A stretch of 64,000 bases of DNA, from NCBI GenBank assembly GCA_002718345.1, contig PBDA01000016.1:4072-68071 (forward strand), read 5' to 3'. The notes under the pieces were generated by a model that was not told the origin of the DNA, ran no database searches, and saw only the letters and a program-made list of their open reading frames with translations. How positions within the stretch are numbered: the first letter of the stretch is position 1; the number at the start of each line of letters is the position of its first letter. The translations under genes and the position numbers were made by a program. The stretch is from Rhodospirillaceae bacterium (lineage in GTDB: Bacteria; Pseudomonadota; Gammaproteobacteria; Steroidobacterales; Rariloculaceae). Shown piece after piece: positions 8,623 through 19,110 of this stretch.

Positions 8623-11385
8623 ATGAAAATGAAAATATTTATAGGATTGATAGCTTTATTTTCGCTATCGACTGGAGTGGTTTCAGCACAGACAGCCTTT
8701 GAAACTGACGAGACAGATTTCTATGTTGATAACCAAACAAATGAATCTCTGGCTTTTGTAAACATGCTGATTTGTTACATGAAAGCAATGGCTCCTGACA
8801 AAATGGTCAATTTAGGGGCTTATATTGCTACTGTTTATATGGATGAATGCGAAAAAGAGGATACCTCTTCCTCGGATCAGGCTTCGGCTACGCCAACCTC
8901 AGCCCAATCTGCCAGTAATGCGGGCTCTGAAGCGACGTCAGGCGGTCAAGGCAATCAAGGCAAGGATGTTGATACCAACACCGTAAATGTGACAAGAGCA
9001 GATAATAGCTCTCCGATGATTGCCAAAGTTTGGGTTAACATGGATGAAGAGGAAGCGCAGCAAGAAGGAGACTCGCCTGAACCTGCGATGAATATTTTCG
9101 TAAAAGCTGAACAATCAGAGGGACCATCTGATTCGAAAAGGTTTGGTGTCTTTAAGATGGTGGGCACCTATTTGATTGGCAAGGATTTTACGCCTGGACC
9201 TGGTATGGATGCTATACCTGCTGGTACCAAGATGGGTGGTATGTACCTGGAGGCCGATGGCAATACGGTAAAGTTTCGTGAGGAGACCATGATGGGTCCA
9301 CCCGAGGCCCTCACAGCTACCTTTACAACTGACGGGGTTAGTGGCGTCTATAACCAGGAAACAGAGGTTCCTTATGGTGGTGACTACGCTCAATTACAAT
9401 TAGTCAGTAAATTTGCTATTAGCAATTCGGCAAAAGTTTACTGTTCAACGCTCCTTACCGCTAAACGAGTTGATTACGAAAATCCCGATTCCGATGGTCT
9501 GCCAGCGCTTATTGATTACACGCCGACAGGTAGTGATGGTCTGACAACTGATGAGGTTTGTTATTCAACAGCAATAGCGGATGCCAAGAGAAATGTCTGG
9601 CGATATGGTGTTTATAAACAGGATGGATCCAGATTCGAAGTAGGTCAGGGCGGTTTTCCGATGAAGGCTTCAGTGACAGTGGATGGTGCTCAGCAGACTA
9701 TTCATGCATGGGCTGACTACTGGGGTGTGCATTTCGATGAGCGATACTCAAACGAAGTTAAGTTTATTGGTGATAGTAGTCCTACGACATTTACTAAGGA
9801 ACAGTTTGCCGGAGAAACTGGGACTCCCCCGACCTATCAAATCAAGCGTGCCAATGCGAGGATTGAGAAGGTTGAGAAAAGTTATGTTGCGTTAGAGTCT
9901 TTACATAAGGCCAACGTTGTGATGTGGGTTGATAAGTGGGACACGAATTGGAATTCAAAATACGAAACATTAGGGTTTACAGGTTCTAGTGCTGAATATG
10001 CCGGTTCGTACAATAAAGATAATCAAACTTGGAGCTTTGATAAGAAAATAACCTTTGATTCTGGTTACAACGAAACAACTTTGGGTACCCCAATTACTTT
10101 TACTAATGCGCAGTGGGTGTCCACTATGGCAAGGACTTATGGTGGTGGAAGTGATACCTGGACTGAAAACAGGAGACTTTGGCTTTGGTCGCGAGATGAG
10201 CAAAAAGGTTATGAGGTAGGTAAAAAATCTCTTGAAAATCCTACAGATGGTACGTCAACAAATGGAATACCTGTAGAAACAGTGACCACACTGACGCCAG
10301 CTAATTTTCCAAGCACATTGTATTGTGTAGACCGTTGCACAACGGCTGCAAAATTAACTGCTACCGTCAATGCAGCAAAGGCTGCCAGCTCTGAAGGTTC
10401 AACAGTTGTCAGTCCATATGACGCAGATAATTGGCAGATCATTCAAAGTGGTTCAGATGCAGGTAACTGGTTCCCAGGGATTCTCGCTACTAATGTCAAA
10501 ACCTATACTATTTCTGGGGTTCAGGTTCTTGATAGCACGAACACTGAAATTATGTTTCCTGCAGATGTTACTAAACCAGAAGAACAGCTGAAGAAGTCGG
10601 TCTTTCAATGGCCATGGGGATCAACTAACGAGCTTCAGTGGGGTGTTGGCACGGGCCGACTACTTGCCTCAACGACTGATCTTGACAAGCTAGAGTGTGA
10701 AAAAGATTCTGGTGGAGATTATAGGGATACTCATCCGACGTTTTCTGCTTCAGCAAAGCGCTATTGCCCGGATAAGCTCTATGAAGATGGCAGCACAATC
10801 ACTACTTGGTATAATCTTCGTTTCGGTGCTAACCGTTGGGATCGACAAAAGTATTTGACCGACCAAAGCACTAGCCAAGATGTTGTTTTTACTCCACCAA
10901 CTACCCTTTACTATACAGTGCCTGATGAGGCTAAGTATGGTGATGATCGTGGTAAAAAAATTCGCCTCGACTATCAGGGTTTTGGCGAACTTCATGGTAT
11001 TCCTGGTGAGGTTATTAATACCCTAACCGGTGAGAGCCTTGGTCAATACTATTCAGGTGAATGGAACGATAATTTACGTTATACGCATCGATTCATCATC
11101 GAGAAGGATGCCGCGGGTAATGACCCGACTGTAACAACAGGTGGAGCTAGCCCAACAACCTATAAAGTTAAGGCTTTAGAAGGAGAGGAGTGGCTGACTC
11201 TTAAAACATCTGCTAAAGGCACTCTTACGTATACAGGTACAGCTTCAGATATGCCTGCTTCAAGTGTACTTGAAGATGTACACCCAGGTGCTACTGGTGG
11301 TGGTATAGGAGCTGAGCCAACTACAGGATTGGTTAATGATGGTAAGGCAGCTGTTATTCATGGCACAAAGGTAATTGCTGATTAA
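8623..11385 (+). CDS. Large secreted protein of unknown function (920 aa)
   Basis: Signal peptide; long beta-rich Gly/Thr/Trp-rich ORF with paired Cys; 12 nt after the lipoprotein gene. Confidence 0.8.
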   Translation: MKMKIFIGLIALFSLSTGVVSAQTAFETDETDFYVDNQTNESLAFVNMLICYMKAMAPDKMVNLGAYIATVYMDECEKEDTSSSDQASATPTSAQSASNAGSEATSGGQGNQGKDVDTNTVNVTRADNSSPMIAKVWVNMDEEEAQQEGDSPEPAMNIFVKAEQSEGPSDSKRFGVFKMVGTYLIGKDFTPGPGMDAIPAGTKMGGMYLEADGNTVKFREETMMGPPEALTATFTTDGVSGVYNQETEVPYGGDYAQLQLVSKFAISNSAKVYCSTLLTAKRVDYENPDSDGLPALIDYTPTGSDGLTTDEVCYSTAIADAKRNVWRYGVYKQDGSRFEVGQGGFPMKASVTVDGAQQTIHAWADYWGVHFDERYSNEVKFIGDSSPTTFTKEQFAGETGTPPTYQIKRANARIEKVEKSYVALESLHKANVVMWVDKWDTNWNSKYETLGFTGSSAEYAGSYNKDNQTWSFDKKITFDSGYNETTLGTPITFTNAQWVSTMARTYGGGSDTWTENRRLWLWSRDEQKGYEVGKKSLENPTDGTSTNGIPVETVTTLTPANFPSTLYCVDRCTTAAKLTATVNAAKAASSEGSTVVSPYDADNWQIIQSGSDAGNWFPGILATNVKTYTISGVQVLDSTNTEIMFPADVTKPEEQLKKSVFQWPWGSTNELQWGVGTGRLLASTTDLDKLECEKDSGGDYRDTHPTFSASAKRYCPDKLYEDGSTITTWYNLRFGANRWDRQKYLTDQSTSQDVVFTPPTTLYYTVPDEAKYGDDRGKKIRLDYQGFGELHGIPGEVINTLTGESLGQYYSGEWNDNLRYTHRFIIEKDAAGNDPTVTTGGASPTTYKVKALEGEEWLTLKTSAKGTLTYTGTASDMPASSVLEDVHPGATGGGIGAEPTTGLVNDGKAAVIHGTKVIAD

Positions 11386-11432
11386 TAGTGATAAAAAGTT
11401 GATGAATTGACTTGTAATCAGTTCTTGGTAAA

Positions 11433-11462
11433 AAATTTGGCGCCTTTTTAGGCGCCAAATTT
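11433..11462. terminator. Probable bidirectional intrinsic terminator
   Basis: Perfect 13-bp stem AAATTTGGCGCCT/AGGCGCCAAATTT with TTTT loop between convergent genes. Confidence 0.8.
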
Positions 11463-11615
11463 GTATGGAGGTTCCAAGAAAGTAAATCAGAATATATATA
11501 ATTTTTTATGTTCTCAGATTCTGAAAAACTTTTTTGAACAAATGTATGTTTAATATAAATTCGACGGTATAGGATTAAGATTTAGTACTATGTCAAATTG
11601 GGTATGGTATTGAGT

Positions 11616-12413
11616 CTAGATTATTTCTAGTTTGACTAGCGCTTCACAGCCTAAAAATACTGATCCGTCACTATCAAATATCAGTCCATCGACATAACGT
11701 TCAACTGCACCAAGGACGTTAGCAGGGGCCGTTGACTCAAGTTGTTGAAGAATAAGTTCTCCATGATTATCGATATCAAATTTTACAGTTACATCATGCT
11801 TACCTATAGATGTTATTCGTTCAAGTTCTTTTTTTAGTTGTGTTAGTTTTTCTGCTCGATTTAACGCATCTATTGGGCAATGTTCAGAAATTATAGGTGA
11901 GACTTTTGATTGCATAAGATTATCGTCATTATTAATGTTTGCATCAGTATCTGATCTAATTGCATATGCCAGTTGTGATTCAAGGTTATGTATGTCGGCT
12001 CTAAGAATCTCTAGTGGTTTGATTATTGAGTCAAGCTTACTTTCTAAAGTATTCACTTTTGTTTCTGCGGAAACTACCTGAGCGTTTGTTATTGTAGTTG
12101 AGTCAGAAAGTTCGTCTATAACAGTCCTAAATGATTCTAGCTCTGAATTTACGCTACTTATATTCAGTTGTTGTTTATTCTCAATTTCGATGAGCCTGCC
12201 TATATAAGAGTTAATTAAATTATTAGAACCGAGAATTTGGTCTTCAACACTTTTCAGTGTACTTGATGTTTCTTGAGATGCTGTATTCAAATGCGAGAAA
12301 ACCCGCTCTTGTAGCTCATTTATTGTAGTAGCTGTATTTATTTGCAATAGGTAATGCGTAACCGTATTAGTGACCAATGTTAAGGTAATTATTATTGATA
12401 CTGCTTTAAACAT
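11616..12413 (-). CDS. Membrane-anchored coiled-coil protein, C-terminus weakly TonB-C-like
   Basis: N-terminal hydrophobic helix; long heptad region; VTVKFDIDNHG; terminal Cys pair. Confidence 0.55.
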   Translation of the reverse strand: MFKAVSIIITLTLVTNTVTHYLLQINTATTINELQERVFSHLNTASQETSSTLKSVEDQILGSNNLINSYIGRLIEIENKQQLNISSVNSELESFRTVIDELSDSTTITNAQVVSAETKVNTLESKLDSIIKPLEILRADIHNLESQLAYAIRSDTDANINNDDNLMQSKVSPIISEHCPIDALNRAEKLTQLKKELERITSIGKHDVTVKFDIDNHGELILQQLESTAPANVLGAVERYVDGLIFDSDGSVFLGCEALVKLEII

Positions 12414-12438
12414 TATATTTCTCCCTTATATTTAGCAG

Positions 12439-12981
12439 CTAAAAAAGTTCGTAATAAGCGCCTGGGTATTCAGAATGTACTCTGTCTAACAGATCAAATG
12501 CGTCAGAGTTTCCGGGGCTTATAGATAGAGATTTGCCTGCCAATTTTTTTGCTTGCAAATATTCGCCAATATCGGCAAATGCAGCCGCCCTTGAATTTAA
12601 AAGTGGTACATAAGTGCTTCTTGCATACGGTTCAGTCCACTGTAATGCTTTATCTGGTTCGCCCAACTTTCGATAGAGGCAGCTAACGCGTGCAGCGACA
12701 AATATCTTTGAATCTGCTGTTTCATAGGCTTTACGTGCTAAAACTAGCGCTCTTAATAAATCTTTTCGTTTTTCTGCTAGTTTTGATGCTTCTAAAATCT
12801 CAGAAACCTCAGTGAGGTCTTCTTCCCAGGCATGGAGTTCATTTTCAACTTGGGAATTCAGTCTATCCTGAATATCCTGAGGGGCTTTTTTATAACCTAA
12901 GAACCAAATACCGTCGCGTAATTCATACTGTTTATCTTTGTAATGTATCTTCATAAGGTCCTCATTTGTTAGTCTGTTCAA
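12439..12981 (-). CDS. TPR-like protein
   Basis: Ala-rich helical repeats (LYRKLGEPDKAL, AAAFADIGEYLQA, LSISPGN). Confidence 0.65.
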   Translation of the reverse strand: MNRLTNEDLMKIHYKDKQYELRDGIWFLGYKKAPQDIQDRLNSQVENELHAWEEDLTEVSEILEASKLAEKRKDLLRALVLARKAYETADSKIFVAARVSCLYRKLGEPDKALQWTEPYARSTYVPLLNSRAAAFADIGEYLQAKKLAGKSLSISPGNSDAFDLLDRVHSEYPGAYYELF

Positions 12982-13174
12982 ATGCTAGCTCCGGTTTTTT
13001 ATGCTAAAAAATTGAAAGCCTATTTTTGTGGCGTAATTGGGCAATTGAAAGATAAAAAATGATGAAAAATGTACTCTTCAATAGAAGTGAGATAGACATT
13101 CAATAAGTTAATAATTGTGGCAAACTGATCATTAAAAATTAGTTTGAAAGCGAAAAGCTCCAGGGAATAACGTA

Positions 13175-14611
13175 ATGAACATACCGAAAAAGTGGTTTAC
13201 AGCTTTTATTTTTTCAGTGAATGGAATGGGTTTTATTGTTAATGCTAATGAGGCTCTTAATATTGAGCTTGTTGGGTACCATCATTTGCAGGGACGTCAA
13301 GCTTTGCAGGTAACTACAAAATCAGATACAACAAATGGTAATTGGGTCTACATTGGACATGTTCCGAATACACGTACTCAAGAGGCCACGATGAATCCGA
13401 TTACCGGTCAAAATGAATGGAACGGTACATCTATTCTAGATATATCAGACCCTAAAAATCCTGAGCTTGTATGGCATATACCTAATGAGAGACATGCAAA
13501 CTCACGTTTTGTTAGCGTTGTATATGACTATGAGTTTGATTCAGAGCCAGCAGGAAGGGACTACTTAATACGAAATTCAGAAATTGGCGAAGACTTAAGG
13601 TTTCAGATTTTTGATATTACCGATAGATCCTCAAATCCATCAGCTATTTCATTAGTTTCAGAAATTTCAGCAACACCTGAAAACTCCTGTGGTATTGGTT
13701 GTGGGGGCAAGCTCATTAATCGTGCTCATAAAGGTCATTGGTCGCCAGAAAGTGGTCTCTTCTACAGTGCTTCAGGTGAACCAGGATTTCGTACGACAAT
13801 TATTCATATATGGAATCTAAGAGATCCTAGCGATCCTCAGTTTGTTGGTAGGGCTTGGTTGCCTGGACAGAAAGACGAGGAGGAGGGGTTTGAGGAACAG
13901 TATGTACATCATCCCATTGTCGATGAGGAAAATAATCGAATGTATGCAGGTTTCAGAATTGGTAGTGGGCATGTTGCTTCTTGGGATATCTCAGACCCAT
14001 CTGAACCCTCCTTAGTTTGGTCCTATGATACTTCTCCACCGGGTAGAGGCCCTCACACAGTATCACCCATTCAATACAATGAAGTTCCTAATGTAACAGC
14101 TGCTGATGGCGAGTTACCAAGAACCTACGCTTTAGTGACAGATGAGTATGACGGATTAGAATGTCCACATGGCATGAAAAGCCGTGTTTATATGTTTGAT
14201 ATTACACATGAAAGCAATCCTATGCCCGTATCTACATGGCAAGTTCCTATAGGTAAGTTTTGCGAAATTGGTGGCAATTTTGGGCCTCATCAACATGCCG
14301 AAACGGTTAATGGACAGATCAACCGGTTTGAGGATAAGATCGCTTGGATCGCGTACCTCAATGCAGGCATTAGGGTTCTAGACCTCTCAGATCCACAAAA
14401 CCTTCAAGAGCTTGGTTATTACATTCCAATTACGAATGCCACACCACGTCCTTCAATGGCAAGGCCAGTACCGATTCAGCTGACCGATGTTGATATTGAT
14501 CATCGAGGCCTTGCGTATGCAACAGATCGTTCGGGGGAATCGTGTGTTGGGCAAGTGACCTCGTGTGTGGGAACGGGATTGTTTGTTTTAAAATATATAG
14601 GTAGAAATTAA
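13175..14611 (+). CDS. Exported LVIVD-repeat beta-propeller protein
   Basis: Repeated ILDISDPKNP, WDISDPSEP, VLDLSDPQN units. Confidence 0.8.
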   Translation: MNIPKKWFTAFIFSVNGMGFIVNANEALNIELVGYHHLQGRQALQVTTKSDTTNGNWVYIGHVPNTRTQEATMNPITGQNEWNGTSILDISDPKNPELVWHIPNERHANSRFVSVVYDYEFDSEPAGRDYLIRNSEIGEDLRFQIFDITDRSSNPSAISLVSEISATPENSCGIGCGGKLINRAHKGHWSPESGLFYSASGEPGFRTTIIHIWNLRDPSDPQFVGRAWLPGQKDEEEGFEEQYVHHPIVDEENNRMYAGFRIGSGHVASWDISDPSEPSLVWSYDTSPPGRGPHTVSPIQYNEVPNVTAADGELPRTYALVTDEYDGLECPHGMKSRVYMFDITHESNPMPVSTWQVPIGKFCEIGGNFGPHQHAETVNGQINRFEDKIAWIAYLNAGIRVLDLSDPQNLQELGYYIPITNATPRPSMARPVPIQLTDVDIDHRGLAYATDRSGESCVGQVTSCVGTGLFVLKYIGRN

Positions 14612-14690
14612 AAACATAATAAATACATATATATAAATATTTATTTTAATGTGAAATATTGCTATGGATGGCTTTGAAGGCTCTGGATAG

Positions 14691-15659
14691 TTGATAGTGC
14701 GAATCATTAATGTACTAGCAGTAATGATAGTGCTGGTTACTGGGAGCGCAAAAGCACAGGAGGCTGCCCCCTTTAGAACTCGTAACCTTAGTCCCTTGAT
14801 ATCAGTATTTGGGTTACCAGTATGGGAAAGTAGTTTGCCTGGTGAGGGCCCTACATTCGGTTTTGTTAGTGATATCGCAAACCACTATAGCCTCTCAAGA
14901 AAAGGTAATGAAGAATTAATTCTTGATGGTGAGACATGGAAAAATAGCGTCTTTTACCGCTATAAAATCCTTGATGAAGTAAATATTGGTATAGAGCTGC
15001 CTTTCTATGAAATTTCTGGTGGATTTCTTGATGATACCGTTGATGCATGGCACTCATTTTTTGGTATGCCTGATGGTAAACGGAATCTCAGGGAGGAAGA
15101 TGGATTACGCTACCTTTATAAGGATGTTGGTACATCTTCTTACTTTCTCGACCAACGAAGTAGCGGGATAGGTGATATACAGATCAGCTTTTCTAGGAAG
15201 TTCAATGGATTAATATTGAAGGGAACATTTAAGCTGCCTACAGGTGATAAAAATATACTTACAGGGAGTGGCAGTACAGATATTTCTATTAGTGTATTTA
15301 ATCAGAAGCAGATAATGTTTGCAGGTGACCCTGCAGGGATCTTTTGGGGCGCAGGATTGATAGTGATGAATGAGCCCAAGCTCTTTACAGATCGTGTAAA
15401 GGACTGGGCGGGTTTTGGTACTTTAGGGATGGGGTGGCGAGTATTACCGAGGGTAGGATTAAAATTGCAATTTGATTTTCATAGCCGTTTTTATGAAAGC
15501 GAACTTGATGAAATGGGAATATCCTCAATTCAAGTTAATACTGGTGGCTGGTGGGAAATAGATGAACGTCGTAGATTGAATATAGCAATAGGGGAAGATC
15601 TTATGGTCAGAACGGCTCCAGATATTACAATCCATTTTGACTTTAGCTGGGACTTTTAA
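14691..15659 (+). CDS. Outer-membrane beta-barrel protein (DUF3187-like)
   Basis: Signal peptide; RNLSPL, LDGE, DAWHSFFGMP, KLPTG motifs; ends FSWDF. Confidence 0.7.
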   Translation: MIVRIINVLAVMIVLVTGSAKAQEAAPFRTRNLSPLISVFGLPVWESSLPGEGPTFGFVSDIANHYSLSRKGNEELILDGETWKNSVFYRYKILDEVNIGIELPFYEISGGFLDDTVDAWHSFFGMPDGKRNLREEDGLRYLYKDVGTSSYFLDQRSSGIGDIQISFSRKFNGLILKGTFKLPTGDKNILTGSGSTDISISVFNQKQIMFAGDPAGIFWGAGLIVMNEPKLFTDRVKDWAGFGTLGMGWRVLPRVGLKLQFDFHSRFYESELDEMGISSIQVNTGGWWEIDERRRLNIAIGEDLMVRTAPDITIHFDFSWDF

Positions 15660-15664
15660 GAGAA

Positions 15665-16135
15665 ATGCCTGCTTTACTCAGTGTTAGGAATTTGGTTTTA
15701 CTAACAGTTTTTAGTTCGATATATGTATATCTATCTGGTTGTAATCAACAAGATGTGCCTTCATCTGTTATATCGAATCAACCTGTTGAGTCACTTGAGC
15801 AAAGATTGCTGGGTGCTGATGTAGAAAGAGGTGAGCTATTATCATTTGCCTGCAGGGCTTGCCATACCCTAGGTTTGGGTGAAGATCATATGATTGGGCC
15901 AAACCTATATGGCATTTTTCAACGAGATGTTGCTAGTAGTATTGGGTTTGAGTATTCAGGAATTTTGCTTGGAGAAGATTTTATATGGGAGCCTGAGATA
16001 TTAGACCAGTGGTTAGCTGATCCTGATGATTTTTTGGCGGGTAATAATATGCTTTTTGCTGGTTTTAGTGCTGCTGAAGATAGAGCTGATGTAATCAAGT
16101 ATCTTATGGAGATTACGTTGGATGAGTCGTTATAG
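15665..16135 (+). CDS. Cytochrome c2-type lipoprotein
   Basis: CRACH heme motif; IGPNLYGIF; distal Met in GNNMLFAG. Confidence 0.88.
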   Translation: MPALLSVRNLVLLTVFSSIYVYLSGCNQQDVPSSVISNQPVESLEQRLLGADVERGELLSFACRACHTLGLGEDHMIGPNLYGIFQRDVASSIGFEYSGILLGEDFIWEPEILDQWLADPDDFLAGNNMLFAGFSAAEDRADVIKYLMEITLDESL

Positions 16136-16202
16136 TTGAGAGACTTAGTTTAATTTGTCATGTTTATGGGGATGAAAAAATCCTGAATTTAGTGCAAAGA
16201 TT

Positions 16203-17633
16203 ATGAGTGAAAATAAATTTGATGTTGTTGTCATTGGTGCTGGCCCAGCTGGTTATCCAGCAGCGATCAGAGCTGCACAAAACGGATTATCAGTTGCTTG
16301 TGTAGATAGCTGGGAAAATCGTGATGGCACTAGAGCTTTTGGAGGCACATGTCTCAATGCTGGGTGTATTCCTTCTAAGGCTTTGTTGGAATCTACAGAG
16401 CTATTTCACAGAGCAGAAACTGAATTTAAGGAACACGGAATTAGTGTTAAGGATTTGATTTTAGATCTTGGCAAAATGCAAAACCGCAAGCAAAAAATTG
16501 TCAAGGAGTTAACCGGAGGAATTGAAGCGCTGTTTAGATCTAATGGAGTGGCTTCTTTTTTTGGTCGCGGCCGGCTTATCTCTGATAATCGCGTTGAGGT
16601 AAAAAACCCTGATGGTCAAGTTTTAAGCCTTACTGCAAATCACATAATCCTTGCAACGGGATCCATACCTATAGAGCTTTCTTCTGCACCTTTTGATCAT
16701 GAGTTTATTGTTGATTCTTGGGGGGCATTAGATTTTACGTCTGTTCCAAAAAAACTTGGAATTGTTGGTGCCGGTGTCATAGGTCTTGAGCTTGGAAGTG
16801 TCTGGCAACGTCTGGGATCAGAGGTTGTCATGATTGAAGCCTTTGAGAGCTTTTTGCCTATGGCTGATGAGCAAATAGCAAAAGAGGCACACCGTTCATT
16901 TAAACGTCAGGGATTAGATATTTGTCTAGCCTCCAAATTAACTGATGCGGTAATTAAAGATGATGGTGTTGCATTGACTTTTGAAAGTACTAACGGATTA
17001 ACAACTTTAGAAGTTGATAAAGTAATTGTTTGCGTAGGGCGCAAACCTTTTACTGATGGTTTGCTTGCCTCTGAAGTTAAAGTTTCACTTGATGCCAATG
17101 GGTTTATTGAAGTAGATGAACATTGTCGTACAAATGTGTCCGGGGTTTGGGCTGTTGGCGATGTAGTAAGAGGGCCAATGTTGGCACATAAAGGTATGGA
17201 CGAGGGTATTATGGTTGCTGATTTGATTGCAGGAAAAACTAGCGAGATGAACTACGAAGCCATTCCCTCCGTTATTTATACCTCGCCTGAGATAGCGTGG
17301 ATAGGAAAAACAGAAGCCGAAGTGAGGGGTACAGGCAGGCCTTATAAAACCGGTACTTTTAATTTTTCTGCCAATGGTAGGGCCAAGGGCATGGGTCAGA
17401 CGCAGGGCCTAGTAAAGGTGGTTACAGCGGAATCTGATGATGAATTATTGGGGGTTCATATAATGGGCCCTATGGCAGGTGAGCTGATTGCGGAAGCTGT
17501 ATTAGCAATGGAATTTTCTGGTTCTGGTGAGGACATTCAGCGTATTTGTCACGCGCATCCAACACTTTCAGAGGCTGTTCATGAGGCTGCTCTAGCAGCT
17601 GATGGACGAGCAGTTCATGCTATTAACCGTTAA
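16203..17633 (+). CDS. lpdA: Dihydrolipoamide dehydrogenase
   Basis: GAGPAG; GGTCLNAGCIPSK; HAHPTLSE. Confidence 0.95.
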   Translation: MSENKFDVVVIGAGPAGYPAAIRAAQNGLSVACVDSWENRDGTRAFGGTCLNAGCIPSKALLESTELFHRAETEFKEHGISVKDLILDLGKMQNRKQKIVKELTGGIEALFRSNGVASFFGRGRLISDNRVEVKNPDGQVLSLTANHIILATGSIPIELSSAPFDHEFIVDSWGALDFTSVPKKLGIVGAGVIGLELGSVWQRLGSEVVMIEAFESFLPMADEQIAKEAHRSFKRQGLDICLASKLTDAVIKDDGVALTFESTNGLTTLEVDKVIVCVGRKPFTDGLLASEVKVSLDANGFIEVDEHCRTNVSGVWAVGDVVRGPMLAHKGMDEGIMVADLIAGKTSEMNYEAIPSVIYTSPEIAWIGKTEAEVRGTGRPYKTGTFNFSANGRAKGMGQTQGLVKVVTAESDDELLGVHIMGPMAGELIAEAVLAMEFSGSGEDIQRICHAHPTLSEAVHEAALAADGRAVHAINR

Positions 17634-17845
17634 AACTTAATGCGCTAATTTCTCCATAGGGAAAAACTAATGCACGAAATGTATGCTCGACTCCCACGCT
17701 TGCAAAAATGTCGCTATGATAGGCACTAGCAGTGGCTTGGGGGTCACTGTTTATGTAATAACGGAGTTAAATTTCTGACTGACATAATTGCGGGATAAGT
17801 TTTGTTTCGTATAAAAAATGTCATTTCAGATGCCTATGAGGAGCA

Positions 17846-18598
17846 TTGTCTATGGCCGGACATAGCAAATGGGCAAATATTAGGTTTCGAAAAGGTGCGC
17901 AAGATGCAAAGCGCGGAAAGCTTTTTACTAAGCTAATCCGAGAGATTACAGTTGCAGCACGTGAAGCTGGGGGTGACCCTGCCTCTAATCCACGCCTGCG
18001 AACTGCTATTGAAAAAGCAAAATCGCAAAGTATGCCGAAAGATAATATCGACCGTGCTGTTAAACGCGGAACCGGTGATATGGACGGCGCTGTATACGAG
18101 GAGGTTCGCTATGAAGGCTACGGTCCGGGTGGTGCAGCTGTCATGGTTGATTGCCTTACAGATAATCGTAATCGAACTGTAGCAGAGGTGCGTCATGCAT
18201 TTACCAAGTTTGGTGGAAACTTGGGGGCAGATGGATCGGTTTCATACCTTTTTGAGAAAGTAGGGTTTATGGCATATGCAGCTGATGTAGAGGAAGAACA
18301 GCTTATGGAGGCTGCAATAGATGCAGGAGCTCAAGATGTGCTTTCACAGCGTGATGGCTCAGTAGAGGTATTATGCATTCCAGAAGAATTTGAATCAGTA
18401 AGAGATTCTATGATTGCTGTTGGTTTAATCCCCGAGCATGCTGAAGTAACAATGAAAGCTTCTACTCAGGCGCAATTGGAAGCCAAACAGGCAGAGAGTA
18501 TGCTGAAACTGTTAGATACTTTAGATGAGCTAGATGATACACAGCAAGTTTATTCTAATGCAGATTTGCCAGGTGATTTACTTGAGGATGAAAGTTGA
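17846..18598 (+). CDS. yebC: YebC/PmpR family protein (probable start ATG 17852)
   Basis: MAGHSKWANI; YEGYGPGG; TDNRNRT. Confidence 0.95.
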   Translation: MSMAGHSKWANIRFRKGAQDAKRGKLFTKLIREITVAAREAGGDPASNPRLRTAIEKAKSQSMPKDNIDRAVKRGTGDMDGAVYEEVRYEGYGPGGAAVMVDCLTDNRNRTVAEVRHAFTKFGGNLGADGSVSYLFEKVGFMAYAADVEEEQLMEAAIDAGAQDVLSQRDGSVEVLCIPEEFESVRDSMIAVGLIPEHAEVTMKASTQAQLEAKQAESMLKLLDTLDELDDTQQVYSNADLPGDLLEDES

Positions 18599-19110
18599 CT
18601 GATGTGACTAGAGTTCTAGGAATTGACCCAGGATCACAGATTACGGGTTATGGTGTCATTGATATACAGCAAAAATTGGATAAAACTGTTTTAATAAATT
18701 CGGGTGAAGTCCGAACAAAAGGGGAGCATAGAGATCGACTTCGTCAGATTTTTACCAACATAGGTGAAGTAGTTAAGCAGTTTCAGCCTGATGAGGTATC
18801 TGTTGAGCGTGTATTTGTGCATCGCAATGCTGATAGCGCACTGAAACTTGGACAAGCACGCGCAGCGGCATTATGTGCAACTTTTGAGGCAGATTTGCCA
18901 ATTTATGAGTACGCGGCACGACAAATAAAGAAGGCCATTGTTGGACGAGGTAGCGCTGATAAAACTCAGGTGCAGCATATGGTAAAACTAGTGCTAAGTA
19001 TGGAGTCTCCGCCAAACTTTGATGAGGCAGATGCGCTTGCAGCTGCTTTGTGTCATGCGCATGTCCGAGGAACAAGATCCTTACTCAAGGAGGCCATGGT
19101 TAGTTCATGA
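18595..19110 (+). CDS. ruvC: Holliday junction resolvase
   Basis: LGIDPGS; LKLGQAR; DALAAALCH. Confidence 0.95.
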   Translation: MTDVTRVLGIDPGSQITGYGVIDIQQKLDKTVLINSGEVRTKGEHRDRLRQIFTNIGEVVKQFQPDEVSVERVFVHRNADSALKLGQARAAALCATFEADLPIYEYAARQIKKAIVGRGSADKTQVQHMVKLVLSMESPPNFDEADALAAALCHAHVRGTRSLLKEAMVSS

